64,000 nt of DNA from Alphaproteobacteria bacterium (GTDB taxonomy: Bacteria; Pseudomonadota; Alphaproteobacteria; JAAXGF01): contig CAUVXB020000002.1 of NCBI GenBank assembly GCA_963555825.3, positions 864,001 through 928,000 of the forward strand, read 5' to 3'. Position 1 is the stretch's first letter, and every line of letters begins with the position of its first letter. The notes beneath the pieces are model-generated. The model ran no database searches and was not told the DNA's origin. It was given only the letters and a program-made list of their open reading frames with translations. The translations under genes and the position numbers were made by a program. This document shows, piece by piece, positions 1-9,604 of this stretch.

Positions 1-4
1 AGAC

Positions 5-1658
5 GGGTGCGAGTCTCGCATGGCAGTGATGTCTGCGGCTTGGTTCGTTGAGTTCAGGCAGCGATTGCCATGGCTGCTGCACGTGGACTGATGTTGTCGT
101 TGGCCGGTGTGTCGGTTGCGCTGATCAGGGCCTTCCATGCCCGCTCGAAGCGGCCGGATTTGATCAGGGCGCGGAAGGTCAGAACAGCCTGTCCGCCGAC
201 GATCCGCCAGCGCATGCCGGAGCGCTTCATGCGCTGTGTCACCAGGGTCTTGTTGGCAGCTTCGACCACGCCTGAGCCGATGGCGATGCCCTCTTCCTTC
301 AGGGCGTGGTAGCGCATGCGATGGCGATGCTTGCGGAAGAAGGCGAGTTCCCGCTCGGTCTCGGCCCGGTCCGGCGCAGCGGCGGCATCGCGAAGGTGGC
401 GCAGCGCCCGGATCACCTTGGCGACGCCACGGGGATCGTGACGGAGGATCTCGCGGTACTTCTCGAACCAGCCGGGCGCCACGGCATGGTCGGACGCGGT
501 TTGCAGATGTTCGCAAGCATGCCAGAAGTCGATCACCTCGGTTTCGGGCGACAGGGTCTCCAGGAAGGTCCAGTTGTCGGCGGCGCCATCGGCGATAGCG
601 ACGATCCCGATCTCGGGGCGTGCTCGCCTGATGTGTGCGACTTCGCTTGCAAGCTGCGCCTTCAGCGTGAGCTTGCCGCTCTCCGGCATGCGGCCGAGAT
701 AGAGGGTCTTCAGGCGCTTGCCCTCGGCGTCGTGGAAGGAGACCGTGCCGCAGGCAGCCTCGCGCCAGGAGGCCTTGGCGCGACCGTCCTCGCCGGGTCT
801 CAGCGGCACCATGACGCCGTCGAGGGAGACCGAGGCGGTGGTCGCGTCCTGCGGTATGCCCTCGGCCTCACGGATGCTGCCCAGCGTCTCCGGGCCGAGG
901 CTCTCCCAGCATTCGTGCATGCTCAGGGTCAGGCGCTGCAGGGTGCTCACCGACGGCGTCATGGCGCCGGTCTTCGCAAAGAACGCCGCCGCTTCCCGGG
1001 CCGTGCAGTGACCCATCATCAGCAGACCGAGCTCGGCCGCCGGCCGCGTCAGGTAATCGTCGACGAGGCCCAGGCTCTCGTCGACCGGCACCGGCGATGC
1101 CCCGCTCGCGCCGCTGCGGTAACGCGCTCGCCGGTAGGTCACCGGACCGAGCGAGGTCATGATCGTCTTCGGCGTCACCGCGACCCGGAACCAGCTCTGC
1201 CCGTCCCGCTCGATCCGGGAAGCGCCATCGTCCCGGTTCTCGATGACGGCGCCCATGACATCGCGAGCGAACTCGTTCGTGGCCTCACGCACCCGCAACT
1301 CGACCTCCTCGGGCGCCTCGGGGCGCGGCTCGGAACGAAGCTCCTCGCGACACAGTGCGAGCACCCGGGCGGCCGCCTCGACGACCCGAGGAGGCAGGCC
1401 GGAAAGATCGATGGACGAAGGCGCCGGAGGCGGGGATACTGCCATGGGAATGCTCCCGATGTTGGGTTTCGAGACACGGCATCGTACCGCTTCTGGCGGT
1501 GCGGAGCGTTCCCACCTTCCCCTGCTCGACCCTGCCGTCGTAACAAAATCCTGCCTTGGAGCGGCCCATTGTCACGAATAGCCGATTTCGGCCGTTCGTC
1601 TCGACACAAAAAACGCACTAAATCAATGACTTAGATTTTCCATACCAGGCCCACACCC
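5..1658 (-). mobile_element. ISKra4/ISLre2-like (Mutator-type) insertion sequence, copy 1, 1654 bp
   Basis: Imperfect terminal IRs GGGTGCGAGTCTCGCATGG / CCATACCAGGCCCACACCC. Right flank CACCAGAC (1659-1666) matches the visible left flank AGAC (1-4), consistent with an 8-bp TSD. Near-identical inverted copy at 16379-18032. Confidence 0.9.
54..1445 (-). CDS. ISKra4/ISLre2-family (UPF0236-like) DDE transposase, 463 aa
   Basis: Motifs SLDG, ADGA, DFWHACEHL, GSGVVEAANK..QRMKRSGMRW. Confidence 0.88.
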   Translation of the reverse strand: MAVSPPPAPSSIDLSGLPPRVVEAAARVLALCREELRSEPRPEAPEEVELRVREATNEFARDVMGAVIENRDDGASRIERDGQSWFRVAVTPKTIMTSLGPVTYRRARYRSGASGASPVPVDESLGLVDDYLTRPAAELGLLMMGHCTAREAAAFFAKTGAMTPSVSTLQRLTLSMHECWESLGPETLGSIREAEGIPQDATTASVSLDGVMVPLRPGEDGRAKASWREAACGTVSFHDAEGKRLKTLYLGRMPESGKLTLKAQLASEVAHIRRARPEIGIVAIADGAADNWTFLETLSPETEVIDFWHACEHLQTASDHAVAPGWFEKYREILRHDPRGVAKVIRALRHLRDAAAAPDRAETERELAFFRKHRHRMRYHALKEEGIAIGSGVVEAANKTLVTQRMKRSGMRWRIVGGQAVLTFRALIKSGRFERAWKALISATDTPANDNISPRAAAMAIAA

Positions 1659-2071
1659 CACCAGACCCTCTGTTGGCTGCCCGACGTCACGTCGTAGGGA
1701 GTTAACTCACCGTTCCTGGTTAGATGCCATTCGTTGGCAAGCTGGGGATTTCTTACGGCAAAGTTGTTTTCGGCGTCAGCTATTCTGCCTGTGCAATAAG
1801 GGCAACCACTGCCATGGGTCCGATGTCGGATGGTGGTATCCCACTCATGCCCGCGCTTACAAAGCCACCAGGCTCTTTTACCGCTTCCGGGCGTCACGTC
1901 GTAGGGAGCTAAATCACCGTTCTTCGTTGGGTGCCACTCCTTTGCGAGGACCGGTCCTTGTACGGCGAGATTGTTGTCAGCACGAACCTTCTGCCCTGCA
2001 CAATAAGGGCAGCCAATGCCGCGCGTTCGATTGCCGATAAGAGCTTCCCACTCATGCCCACGCTCACAGAC

Positions 2072-3522
2072 GGGGATGTCCCGGGCTCTGTTGAAAAGCT
2101 GAAGTAGGCGTCGTCCGCCTGGAGCCGCTAGGCTCTGGGTGCTGATTCCATCAAGGAGAACGACGCCATGACCAAGACTACACGCAACGACCGTTCCTCG
2201 GAACCATCCTGTCGGCTCTTGCCATCGATGCCGGAGGCCTTCGACGATCTGCGCATGAGCGTCGATCGCTTCTGCCTTTTGGCGGGCCTCGAGTCTTTGA
2301 ACGAGATGATGTCGGCGGACGCGGAAGCCTTGTGCGGTTCGCGCCACGCCCGCTCGGGCGAGCGCAAGGGCCATCGATGGGGCACGACCCGGAGCGAGAT
2401 CGCCTACCACGGCGGCAAAGTGAAGGTCGAGCGCCCTCGGGTGCGGGACTTCGCGGGTCGGGAGATGAGCCTGCCGAGTTGGGAGCTGCTGTCGGAACCC
2501 GAACTCTTGCAAGCCTGGGCGATGAATCTGATGGTGATCAACGTCTCGACCCGCAAGTATGCCCGCGCGGTGCGCCTGCCGGACGATGCGGGCGGCGATC
2601 TGCCGGCGGCATCGGGTGACGCAACCTCGAAGTCGGCGGTCTCGCGCCGTTTCGTGGCGTTGACGCGAAGCAAGCTGAAGGCCTGGCTGGCGAGCCCGCT
2701 CGACGATCTCGATCTCGTGGTGCTCCAGATCGACGGGCTCCATGTCGGCGATCACCTGATGGTGGCGGCGATCGGCATCGACACCGGCGGCGCGAAGCAC
2801 GTGCTGGGCCTGGCCGAGGGCGCGACGGAGAACGCGGCCACGGTGCAAGCCATGCTCGACAACCTGATCGAGCGCGGTCTCGATCCCGAACGGCCTCGGC
2901 TCTACATCGTCGACGGCGCCAAGGCGCTCTCGAAGGCGATCCGGCGGACCTTCGGGCGGGCGGCGGCCCTCCAGCGCTGCCAGGTGCACAAGGGGCGCAA
3001 CATCACGGACCGGCTGGACGAGAGCCTCCATGCCGGCGTCAGGAAGGTCTTGCGGCAGGCCTGGCAGCAGGACGACGCGGCCAAGGCCGAACGGCTCTTG
3101 CGCAACCTCGCCCGCCGTCTGGAGCATGACGCACCCGGCGTCTCGGGCTCGATCCTGGAGGGCCTGGACGATATCCTGACCGTGATCCGGCTCGGCCTCC
3201 CGCCGCAACTTCGACACTCGCTGGCTTGCACCAACGCCATCGAGAACGCGATCGGCACCGTCCGGACGGTGCAGCGGAACGTCAAGCGCTGGCGCAACGC
3301 CGAGATGGCGCTGCGTTGGACCGCCGCCGGCCTCTTGGAGGCGCAAAAGACCTTCCGCCGCCTCAAGGCCTACCGCCAGCTCCCCGTCCTTGACGCCGCC
3401 CTGCGGGAGGCGGTGAGAAAGGCCGGAGCAAAGTCCGTCATTGAAGACATCGAGGTGGCCGCGTAGCCTCTCGATCAGACGATGCCTATCTCGCACTTTT
3501 CAACATTGGGCGGGACATCGCC
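2072..3522 (+). mobile_element. IS256-family element
   Basis: IRs GGGGATGTCCCG..TGTTGAAAAG / CTTTTCAACA..CGGGACATCGCC. 9-bp direct repeat CTCACAGAC at left (2063-2071) is restored at right once the IS630 is removed. Confidence 0.88.
2168..3466 (+). CDS. IS256-family transposase, 432 aa
   Basis: VSTRKY, LQIDG, IVDGAKAL, QRCQVHK, CTNAIEN motifs. Confidence 0.92.
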   Translation: MTKTTRNDRSSEPSCRLLPSMPEAFDDLRMSVDRFCLLAGLESLNEMMSADAEALCGSRHARSGERKGHRWGTTRSEIAYHGGKVKVERPRVRDFAGREMSLPSWELLSEPELLQAWAMNLMVINVSTRKYARAVRLPDDAGGDLPAASGDATSKSAVSRRFVALTRSKLKAWLASPLDDLDLVVLQIDGLHVGDHLMVAAIGIDTGGAKHVLGLAEGATENAATVQAMLDNLIERGLDPERPRLYIVDGAKALSKAIRRTFGRAAALQRCQVHKGRNITDRLDESLHAGVRKVLRQAWQQDDAAKAERLLRNLARRLEHDAPGVSGSILEGLDDILTVIRLGLPPQLRHSLACTNAIENAIGTVRTVQRNVKRWRNAEMALRWTAAGLLEAQKTFRRLKAYRQLPVLDAALREAVRKAGAKSVIEDIEVAA

Positions 3523-3528
3523 CTCTCA

Positions 3529-4702
3529 TACCGACTCCGCCTGAATGATTCGGTTGCGACGGATTCCCGTTGGAATCGGAAAGGGTTAGGATCCGTAGTC
3601 ATGATTCGCGGAGGGGCGGGACATGGCGCATGTCGAGGAACATTTGCAGCTTTCTGAGTTGGAGGGACGGTATCGCTCGGCGTCGGAGGCGACGGAGGCG
3701 CGGCACTTCCAGGTGATCTGGCTTTTGGCCAAAGGCCATACGGTTCGCGAAGTGTCGGAGATGACGAGTTTCGGCCAACGCTGGCTCGAACAATTGCTTT
3801 CTCGCTACAACAAGCTCGGCCCGTCGTCGCTGGGCGATCGTCGACGCTCGAACGGCTCCGAGGCGACGATCCTGAAGCCGGAAGTCCTGGCGGTGTTGAA
3901 AGAGCGCCTGAAAAAGCCGCCGGCGGACGGCGGCTTGTGGTCTGGGCCGAAGGTGGCGGCTTGGATGGCGGGCGAACTGGGCTTGGAGACGGTGGCGCCG
4001 CAACGGGGCTGGGAGGCGCTGAAGGCAGTCGAGTGGAGTTTGCAGGTGCCCAGGCCGAACAACCCCGGGGCGGCGAGCGAGGAAGAACGCCAGGCGTTTA
4101 AAAAAAACTTCACCGCCTGGTCGCGGAAGAAGCCGAGCGCCACCCCGGCACGCCGATCGAAGTCTTCGCCAGCGACGAACACCGGCTCGGTCTGAAGCCA
4201 TTGGCCCGGCGCTGCTGGGCGCCGCGCGGGATGCGCCCGGTGGCGCTCGGCCACCACCGCTTCAAATGGCTCTACGTCACCGCCCTCGTCTCGCCGACCA
4301 GCGGAGAGACCTTTTGGTACATCTCCAATTGTGTCTCCAAGCCATTCTTCGAGAAGCTGCTCGCCCTCTTCGCCCGCGAGGCCGGCGCTGGGCAGAGCCG
4401 CATCATCATCCTGGTGATCGACGGCGCCGGGTGGCACACGGCGCCGAACCTCACGGTGCCGGAAGGCCTCCACCTCGTCTACTTGCCGCCCTATACGCCC
4501 CAGCTGCAACCGGCCGAATGTCTCTGGCCCGTACTCGACGAGCCGGTCGCAAACAGACACTTCGAGACCATCGAGGAACTCGACGCCGTCGTCGCCCGGC
4601 GCTGCCTCACTCTCGATGCCAATCCCGAACTCTTCAAGGGGCGTATCGACTTCCACTGGTGGCCCAAAACCATCTATCCGAACTGATCAGCCGGATGCGG
4701 TA
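3529..4702 (+). mobile_element. IS630-family element (TACC...GGTA ends, TCA direct repeats)
   Basis: IRs TACCGACTCCGCCTGAATGATTCGG / CCGAACTGATCAGCCGGATGCGGTA. TCA at 3526-3528 and 4703-4705. Confidence 0.88.
3623..4686 (+). CDS. IS630 transposase, two frames joined by a probable programmed -1 frameshift
   Basis: HTH ORF 3623-4195 plus DDE part (DEHR, IDGAGWH, LPPYTPQLQPAE). Slippery TTTAAAAAAAAC near 4097-4108. Confidence 0.85.
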
Positions 4703-5111
4703 TCACAGACCCACCATACCCTTGTGGCTGCCCGGCTTCACGTCGTAGGGAGTTAACTCACCGTTCCTGGTTGGATGCCATTCGTTGGCAAGCTCGGAGC
4801 CCGTTACGGCAAGATTGTTAGTGCTATTCGCCATTTCTCCGATTTGTACCACAATGTTACATTGTTTAGTCTCGCCTTTCACGCAAGCTGCACTGGCTGG
4901 GAAGAAGTAATTTTCGCGATAAGGGGCGGTTTTCCAGAACAACGAGGTATGGGCGAGGTCCGATGACGGTTGGGAGACATGCGCAGATCGAGCGGGTGGA
5001 TATGGTTGCCACAGCGTCCCGATTGTGGCGGCTATGCCGCCGATGCGGAAGCGCGGCGCGATGCCGCGACATGGCTCGCCGAAATCAACCTATGGTAGAG
5101 GAACAACAAAA

Positions 5112-7226
5112 TTAGGCAATGCCGAGTTCCTGCTTCTTACGGTGGCTCCACGCCTGGATGATGCGATCGGTGATCATGGCGATCAGGGCCATACCGCCGC
5201 CGGCGATGACACCGGTGCCGAAATTGGACTGGGTGACGCTCTCCAGGGTGAGCTGGCCCAGCCCCTTGGTGCCGATGAGCGCGGCGATGACCAGCATGGC
5301 GAGGCCGTACATGACGGTCTGGTTGAGGCCCAGCATGATCTCGGGCAGCGCCAGGGGCAACTTGACCTGCCGCAGAATTTGGCCTTGGGTGCAGCCCATC
5401 GATTCGGCGGCCTCGACGACCTCGGCGTCGACGTTCCTGAGGCCGAACTCGGTATAGCGGATGGAGGGCACGACTGCGTACATCATGATCGCCAGCAGGG
5501 CCGAGAACTCGCCGACCCGAAAGAACATGATCACCGGGATCAAAAAGACGAACAGCGGCATGGTCTGAAGCGAGTCGTTGATCGGCCGGATGAAGGCCGA
5601 GAACCGGTCGCTGTTGGCGGCAAGGATGCCGAGGGAGGCGCCCAGCACGAAGGACAGGAACACCGCCGCCGAGGCCAGATAGACGGTCAGCATGGCGCGC
5701 TCCCACTCGCCCGATACCAAAATGAAGAGCAGCCCGAGCGCGGCGAACAGACCGAGGCGCCAGCCGCCCACCTGGCTGGCCAGGACGACGACGACGACGA
5801 TGAAGGCGGGCCACGGCGTGCCCATGGTGCCGAAGAAGAAGACGGTGGCGCCGATGACGACGCCCACCGCGGCGCGCCAGCTCCAGCTCCGCCAGGCGGC
5901 GGCGGTCAGGCCGAGCACGAAGACGGCGTACCCCGCCGCCACCGTCGGCGTCATTCCGAAACCCCAGAAGCGTGGTATCACCGCGTGCTCGAGGCCGATG
6001 CGGATGGGCAGCATGAAGTAGTAGAGCGCCCAGGTCTTGATGGTCTTGGTCACCTCGAAATAGTTGACCGTCATGTAGGTGACCGCGTCGTTGATGATCG
6101 GCGCTAGATCGAACAACCCGGTCGTAGGAGAGTCACGCAGCGCCGGCGCGAACCTGGCGACGACGACGAACATCGCCACCAACGCCAAAGCCAGGATGAG
6201 ATGCCCGTGGCGCAGCAAGGGGCTGACCCGGCCGCGCACCCGCAGCGCGCCCGAGCGCTCGGTGAAGCCCCGGCTGATGCGGTCCATCATCATCGCCATC
6301 AGGGCGATGACGGCGCCGGCCAACAGGCTCTGGCCGGTTTGCGCCTTGCGCATGGTGCTGAGCACCTCCCAGCCGATATCGGCGAAGCCGCCGATGATGG
6401 CGGCGATGATGACCATCGAGAGCGCCGCCATGATCGTCTGGTTGACCCCCATCATGATGCCGTGCTTGGCCGCCGGGATCTGGACCGACCACAAAAGCTG
6501 GCGATCGGTGCAGCCCGACATCTGTCCCGATTCGACGATCTCGGCGGGCACCCGGCTGAGCGCCAGCATGACGTTGCGTACCATGGGCGGCACCGCGTAG
6601 ATGGCGCTGGCCACCAGACCGACCACGGGGCCGAAGCCGAACAGCAGCATGATCGGAACCAAGAACGCGAAGGTCGGCACCGTCTGCATGGCGTCGAGGG
6701 TCGGCTCGATGATGCGCCGGACCATGGGCGACTTGAAGCCGAGCAGGCCGAGCAGGAACCCGCCGCCGACCGATACCGGCACCGAGACGCCAACCAGCGC
6801 CAGGGTGTTCATGCTCTCGTCCCAATAGCCGACGACCACCATGTAAAGCGACGCCAGCATACTGAACAGGGCGAGGCGCCAGCCGGACGCGGCATGGGCC
6901 ATGACGGTGACGATGGCAATGGTCGCCGGCCAGGGCAGCCAGTGCAGCAGATCCTTGAGCCAGGTCATCGGCCAGTCGAGCAGCCAGCTTATGGCGCGGA
7001 ACAGCGGCTTGAAGACCAGGACGAACCAGTCCATCGCCACATTGCACCAGTCGCGGATCGGCGGTACCCCGTCGTCCGGGTAGCTGATCAGCCACGCGTG
7101 ATCCGTCCTCAAGTAGAAGCAGGCGGCGGCGATGACGGCGACGGCCAGCCAGGTGATCAGGCCCCAATCGCTGCGCCGCGGGGGCGCCTCTTCGAGCAGG
7201 CCGTGGGCGTCCTCGACGGTCGTCAT
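5112..7226 (-). CDS. Glycine betaine/proline/TMAO-type ABC transporter permease with duplicated TMD (ProW/TmoW-like)
   Basis: Two BPD_transp_1 domains (MQTVPTFAFL / LQTMPLFVFL, EAA loops). Confidence 0.92.
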   Translation of the reverse strand: MTTVEDAHGLLEEAPPRRSDWGLITWLAVAVIAAACFYLRTDHAWLISYPDDGVPPIRDWCNVAMDWFVLVFKPLFRAISWLLDWPMTWLKDLLHWLPWPATIAIVTVMAHAASGWRLALFSMLASLYMVVVGYWDESMNTLALVGVSVPVSVGGGFLLGLLGFKSPMVRRIIEPTLDAMQTVPTFAFLVPIMLLFGFGPVVGLVASAIYAVPPMVRNVMLALSRVPAEIVESGQMSGCTDRQLLWSVQIPAAKHGIMMGVNQTIMAALSMVIIAAIIGGFADIGWEVLSTMRKAQTGQSLLAGAVIALMAMMMDRISRGFTERSGALRVRGRVSPLLRHGHLILALALVAMFVVVARFAPALRDSPTTGLFDLAPIINDAVTYMTVNYFEVTKTIKTWALYYFMLPIRIGLEHAVIPRFWGFGMTPTVAAGYAVFVLGLTAAAWRSWSWRAAVGVVIGATVFFFGTMGTPWPAFIVVVVVLASQVGGWRLGLFAALGLLFILVSGEWERAMLTVYLASAAVFLSFVLGASLGILAANSDRFSAFIRPINDSLQTMPLFVFLIPVIMFFRVGEFSALLAIMMYAVVPSIRYTEFGLRNVDAEVVEAAESMGCTQGQILRQVKLPLALPEIMLGLNQTVMYGLAMLVIAALIGTKGLGQLTLESVTQSNFGTGVIAGGGMALIAMITDRIIQAWSHRKKQELGIA

Positions 7227-8299
7227 TCGGGCTCGTCCTCGGCGCTGGCCAACGCGGTAAGCACGTCCTGCGCCGAAACCTGGCCGATGACCGCGCCGTC
7301 GGCGCCGGTCACCGCCACGGGCGTCATGCCCTTTCTGAAGCGGGGCATCAACTGCTCGAGCGTGGTGCCCGCGCCCACCGTAGCCCCGATTCCGGCATCC
7401 GAATCCGCCGGCGACATGATGTCACCGGCGGTGATGATCTTGACCCGGGGTACGTCCTGGGTGAACTCGGTGACGTATTCGTCGGCAGGCTGCATGACGA
7501 CCTCGGCGGGGGTGCCGATCTGGACGATCTCGCCGTCCTTCATGATGGCGATACGGTCGGCCAGGCGGAGCGCCTCGAGGAAGTCGTGGGTGATGAACAC
7601 GATGGTCTTGTGCAGCAGGCGCTGGAGGCGCAGGAACTCGTCCTGCATCTGGCGGCGGATCAGCGGGTCGAGCGCCGAGAAGGGCTCGTCGAGGAACCAC
7701 ACCGCGGGCTCGACGGCGAGGCTGCGGGCGATGCCGACGCGCTGCTGCTGGCCGCCCGAAAGCTGGCGCGGGAAGGCGGCTTCGCGGCCCTCGAGGCCGA
7801 CCAGATCGAGCATCTCCTGGGCCCGGGCGAATCGTTGTTCGCGCCCGATACCTTGGATCTTGAGGGGAAAAGCGACGTTCTCCAGCACGGTCAGATGCGG
7901 CATCAGGCCGAAGTTCTGGAACACCATGCCCATCTTGTGGCGCCTGATGTCGATTAGTTCGGCCTTGGAAACCTTGAGCAGGTCATCGCCGTCGAACAGC
8001 ACCGCGCCGGCGGTCGGCTCGACCAGGCGCGACAGGCAGCGCACCACGGTCGACTTGCCCGAGCCCGAAAGCCCCATGATGATGAAGATCTCGCCCTCGC
8101 GGACGTCGAAGCTCACGTCGCAGGCGGCGGCGATGTGCCCGGTGCTCCGGATCTGTTCGATATGGCCCGACGTGTCGGCGACGGCGCCGCCCGAATCGGT
8201 GAAGAAGCCCTCGGGCTCGGGCCCGTAGATCTTCCACAGGTTGCGGCACGACAGCTTGATCTCGCCGTTCGCCGCGCCTTCGCTGATGTTCTCGGACAT
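7223..8299 (-). CDS. Quaternary-amine ABC transporter ATPase (ProV/TmoV-like)
   Basis: GLSGSGKS, LSGGQQQRVG, LDEPFSALDPLIR, C-terminal CBS-like segment. Confidence 0.93.
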   Translation of the reverse strand: MSENISEGAANGEIKLSCRNLWKIYGPEPEGFFTDSGGAVADTSGHIEQIRSTGHIAAACDVSFDVREGEIFIIMGLSGSGKSTVVRCLSRLVEPTAGAVLFDGDDLLKVSKAELIDIRRHKMGMVFQNFGLMPHLTVLENVAFPLKIQGIGREQRFARAQEMLDLVGLEGREAAFPRQLSGGQQQRVGIARSLAVEPAVWFLDEPFSALDPLIRRQMQDEFLRLQRLLHKTIVFITHDFLEALRLADRIAIMKDGEIVQIGTPAEVVMQPADEYVTEFTQDVPRVKIITAGDIMSPADSDAGIGATVGAGTTLEQLMPRFRKGMTPVAVTGADGAVIGQVSAQDVLTALASAEDEPE

Positions 8300-8333
8300 C
8301 GACGGATGCCGTAGGATCGATAGGCTCATGCGA

Positions 8334-8359
8334 CGGGACCGGGCAATTGCCCGGTCCCG
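8334..8359. terminator. Perfect palindrome between SBP and ATPase genes (mRNA-stabilising or attenuating hairpin)
   Basis: CGGGACCGGGCAATTGCCCGGTCCCG. Confidence 0.55.
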
Positions 8360-8386
8360 CACAAAGCAGAAATCATCTGCCGGCGC

Positions 8387-9367
8387 TTACATCATCGCCT
8401 GGTCGACCCAGGGACGCCAGGTGCCCTCGTTGGCGTCGAGCCATTCGGCCACGACCTCCTCGACAGGCCGGCCCTTGACGTCGATTTCGGCCATCATGGC
8501 ATTCTGCGCGGCGTTGTTCAGCTTGTAGTTCTTGAGTAGGCGGAACGCCGCCGGCCACTTCTCTTCCATGCCGATCCAGACCATCTTCTTGATGTAGCCG
8601 AGCTCCCAGTCGCAGTCGTAGGTGGCGTTCGGGTTGAGTCCCCAGGACGCGTCGTCGTAGCAGCCAGCCTCATGGGGTGGCAGATTGACGATCGCCATCT
8701 CGACCTCGGCATGCAGCCAGTGTGGCGCCCAGAACTGCATGATCAGCGGGTCCTTGCGCGATACCGCGCTCTTGATCTCGGCCACCAGCGAGCCTTCGCC
8801 GCCCGACGGCACCGAGACGAAATCCAACCCCAGGGCTTTGATGCGGTCGACGTTGGTGGTGCCCCAGTCGAGCGGATAGTCGAGGAAGCGGCCCTTGGGG
8901 AAGGTCTCGGGCGTCGCGAACACCTCGGCGCATTTCATCAGCGCCTCCCAGTCGGGCAGGCCCGGACACTGGGCCTCGACATATTTGGGGTACATCCAGC
9001 CTTCCCGCGGCTCGAGGCCGAGGTCGCCGATCTCGATGACATTGCCGGTCGCGAGCGCCTTGTCGTAGTTCTCGCCGATGTTTGAGCTCCAAATCTCGAG
9101 AGTCGCGGTGATGGTGTCGTCCTCGAGCGCCGTCATCTGCGGGTAATAGCCCGCGGTCACGTACTCGACCGAGTAGCCCATGCGCTTGAGGATCTCGCCC
9201 GCGACATGGGTCGTGATGTGCTGGCCGGTCCACTCGTTGATCGCCAGCTTTATCGGATCCGGCGTTTCCGGAACGCTGCCGGCCCGCGCGGCCGGCGCCA
9301 AGGCGAAGGACGCCGCGACCGCCAGCCCGGCGAGGCCGAGCGTCGCCTTTTTGATGGAATGATGCAT
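8387..9367 (-). CDS. ABC transporter substrate-binding protein (ProX/TmoX-like)
   Basis: Signal peptide, DPIKLAINEWTGQ, CPGLPDWEAL..CAE.F.TPET, WAPHW. Confidence 0.9.
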   Translation of the reverse strand: MHHSIKKATLGLAGLAVAASFALAPAARAGSVPETPDPIKLAINEWTGQHITTHVAGEILKRMGYSVEYVTAGYYPQMTALEDDTITATLEIWSSNIGENYDKALATGNVIEIGDLGLEPREGWMYPKYVEAQCPGLPDWEALMKCAEVFATPETFPKGRFLDYPLDWGTTNVDRIKALGLDFVSVPSGGEGSLVAEIKSAVSRKDPLIMQFWAPHWLHAEVEMAIVNLPPHEAGCYDDASWGLNPNATYDCDWELGYIKKMVWIGMEEKWPAAFRLLKNYKLNNAAQNAMMAEIDVKGRPVEEVVAEWLDANEGTWRPWVDQAMM

Positions 9368-9472
9368 TCGATGTCTCCCAGTTCGGTTATTCTTGTAGAC
9401 GTGGCTCCTTAGCCGGAACCGTTCACCTGAACCGACAAATCTACCCACAACTGCCACCGCGCGTCTATAGAG

Positions 9473-9509
9473 GTGATTGTTACGCCTCATCGGATACGCC
9501 GACAATCAC
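9473..9509. promoter_or_regulatory. Candidate operator upstream of the transporter operon
   Basis: Inverted repeat GTGATTGT-N21-ACAATCAC enclosing two TACGCC direct repeats. Confidence 0.4.
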
Positions 9510-9604
9510 AGCGCGCTGGCCACTGAGAACGGCAGAGCAATAATCCCCCACTGAAGCGGCCGGTCGATCCGGCGAGCTATTGTCAAAAGTTGTGTATGGG
9601 CTGA

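Larger units (their letters stand above)
1659..4834 (-). pseudogene. Zinc-ribbon repeat protein (DUF4379-like), interrupted by IS630, IS256 and ISKra4-like elements
   Basis: Repeats NNLA..P.LA.EWHPT.NG.L.P.DV.PGS.K..WW.C..GHEW....R..G.GCPYC at 1659-2071 and 4703-4834. ATG at 4834 with GGAG RBS. Extra 1-bp frameshift near 4722. Confidence 0.8.

Noticed and set aside
1640-1670. ISKra4-like target resembles its own end (CCAGACCC)
   Set aside because: The target of copy 2 shows no such similarity, so it is probably chance
1631-3496. 621-aa ORF fusing an unknown domain to zinc-ribbon repeats
   Set aside because: The N-terminal part is the antisense shadow of the IS256 transposase
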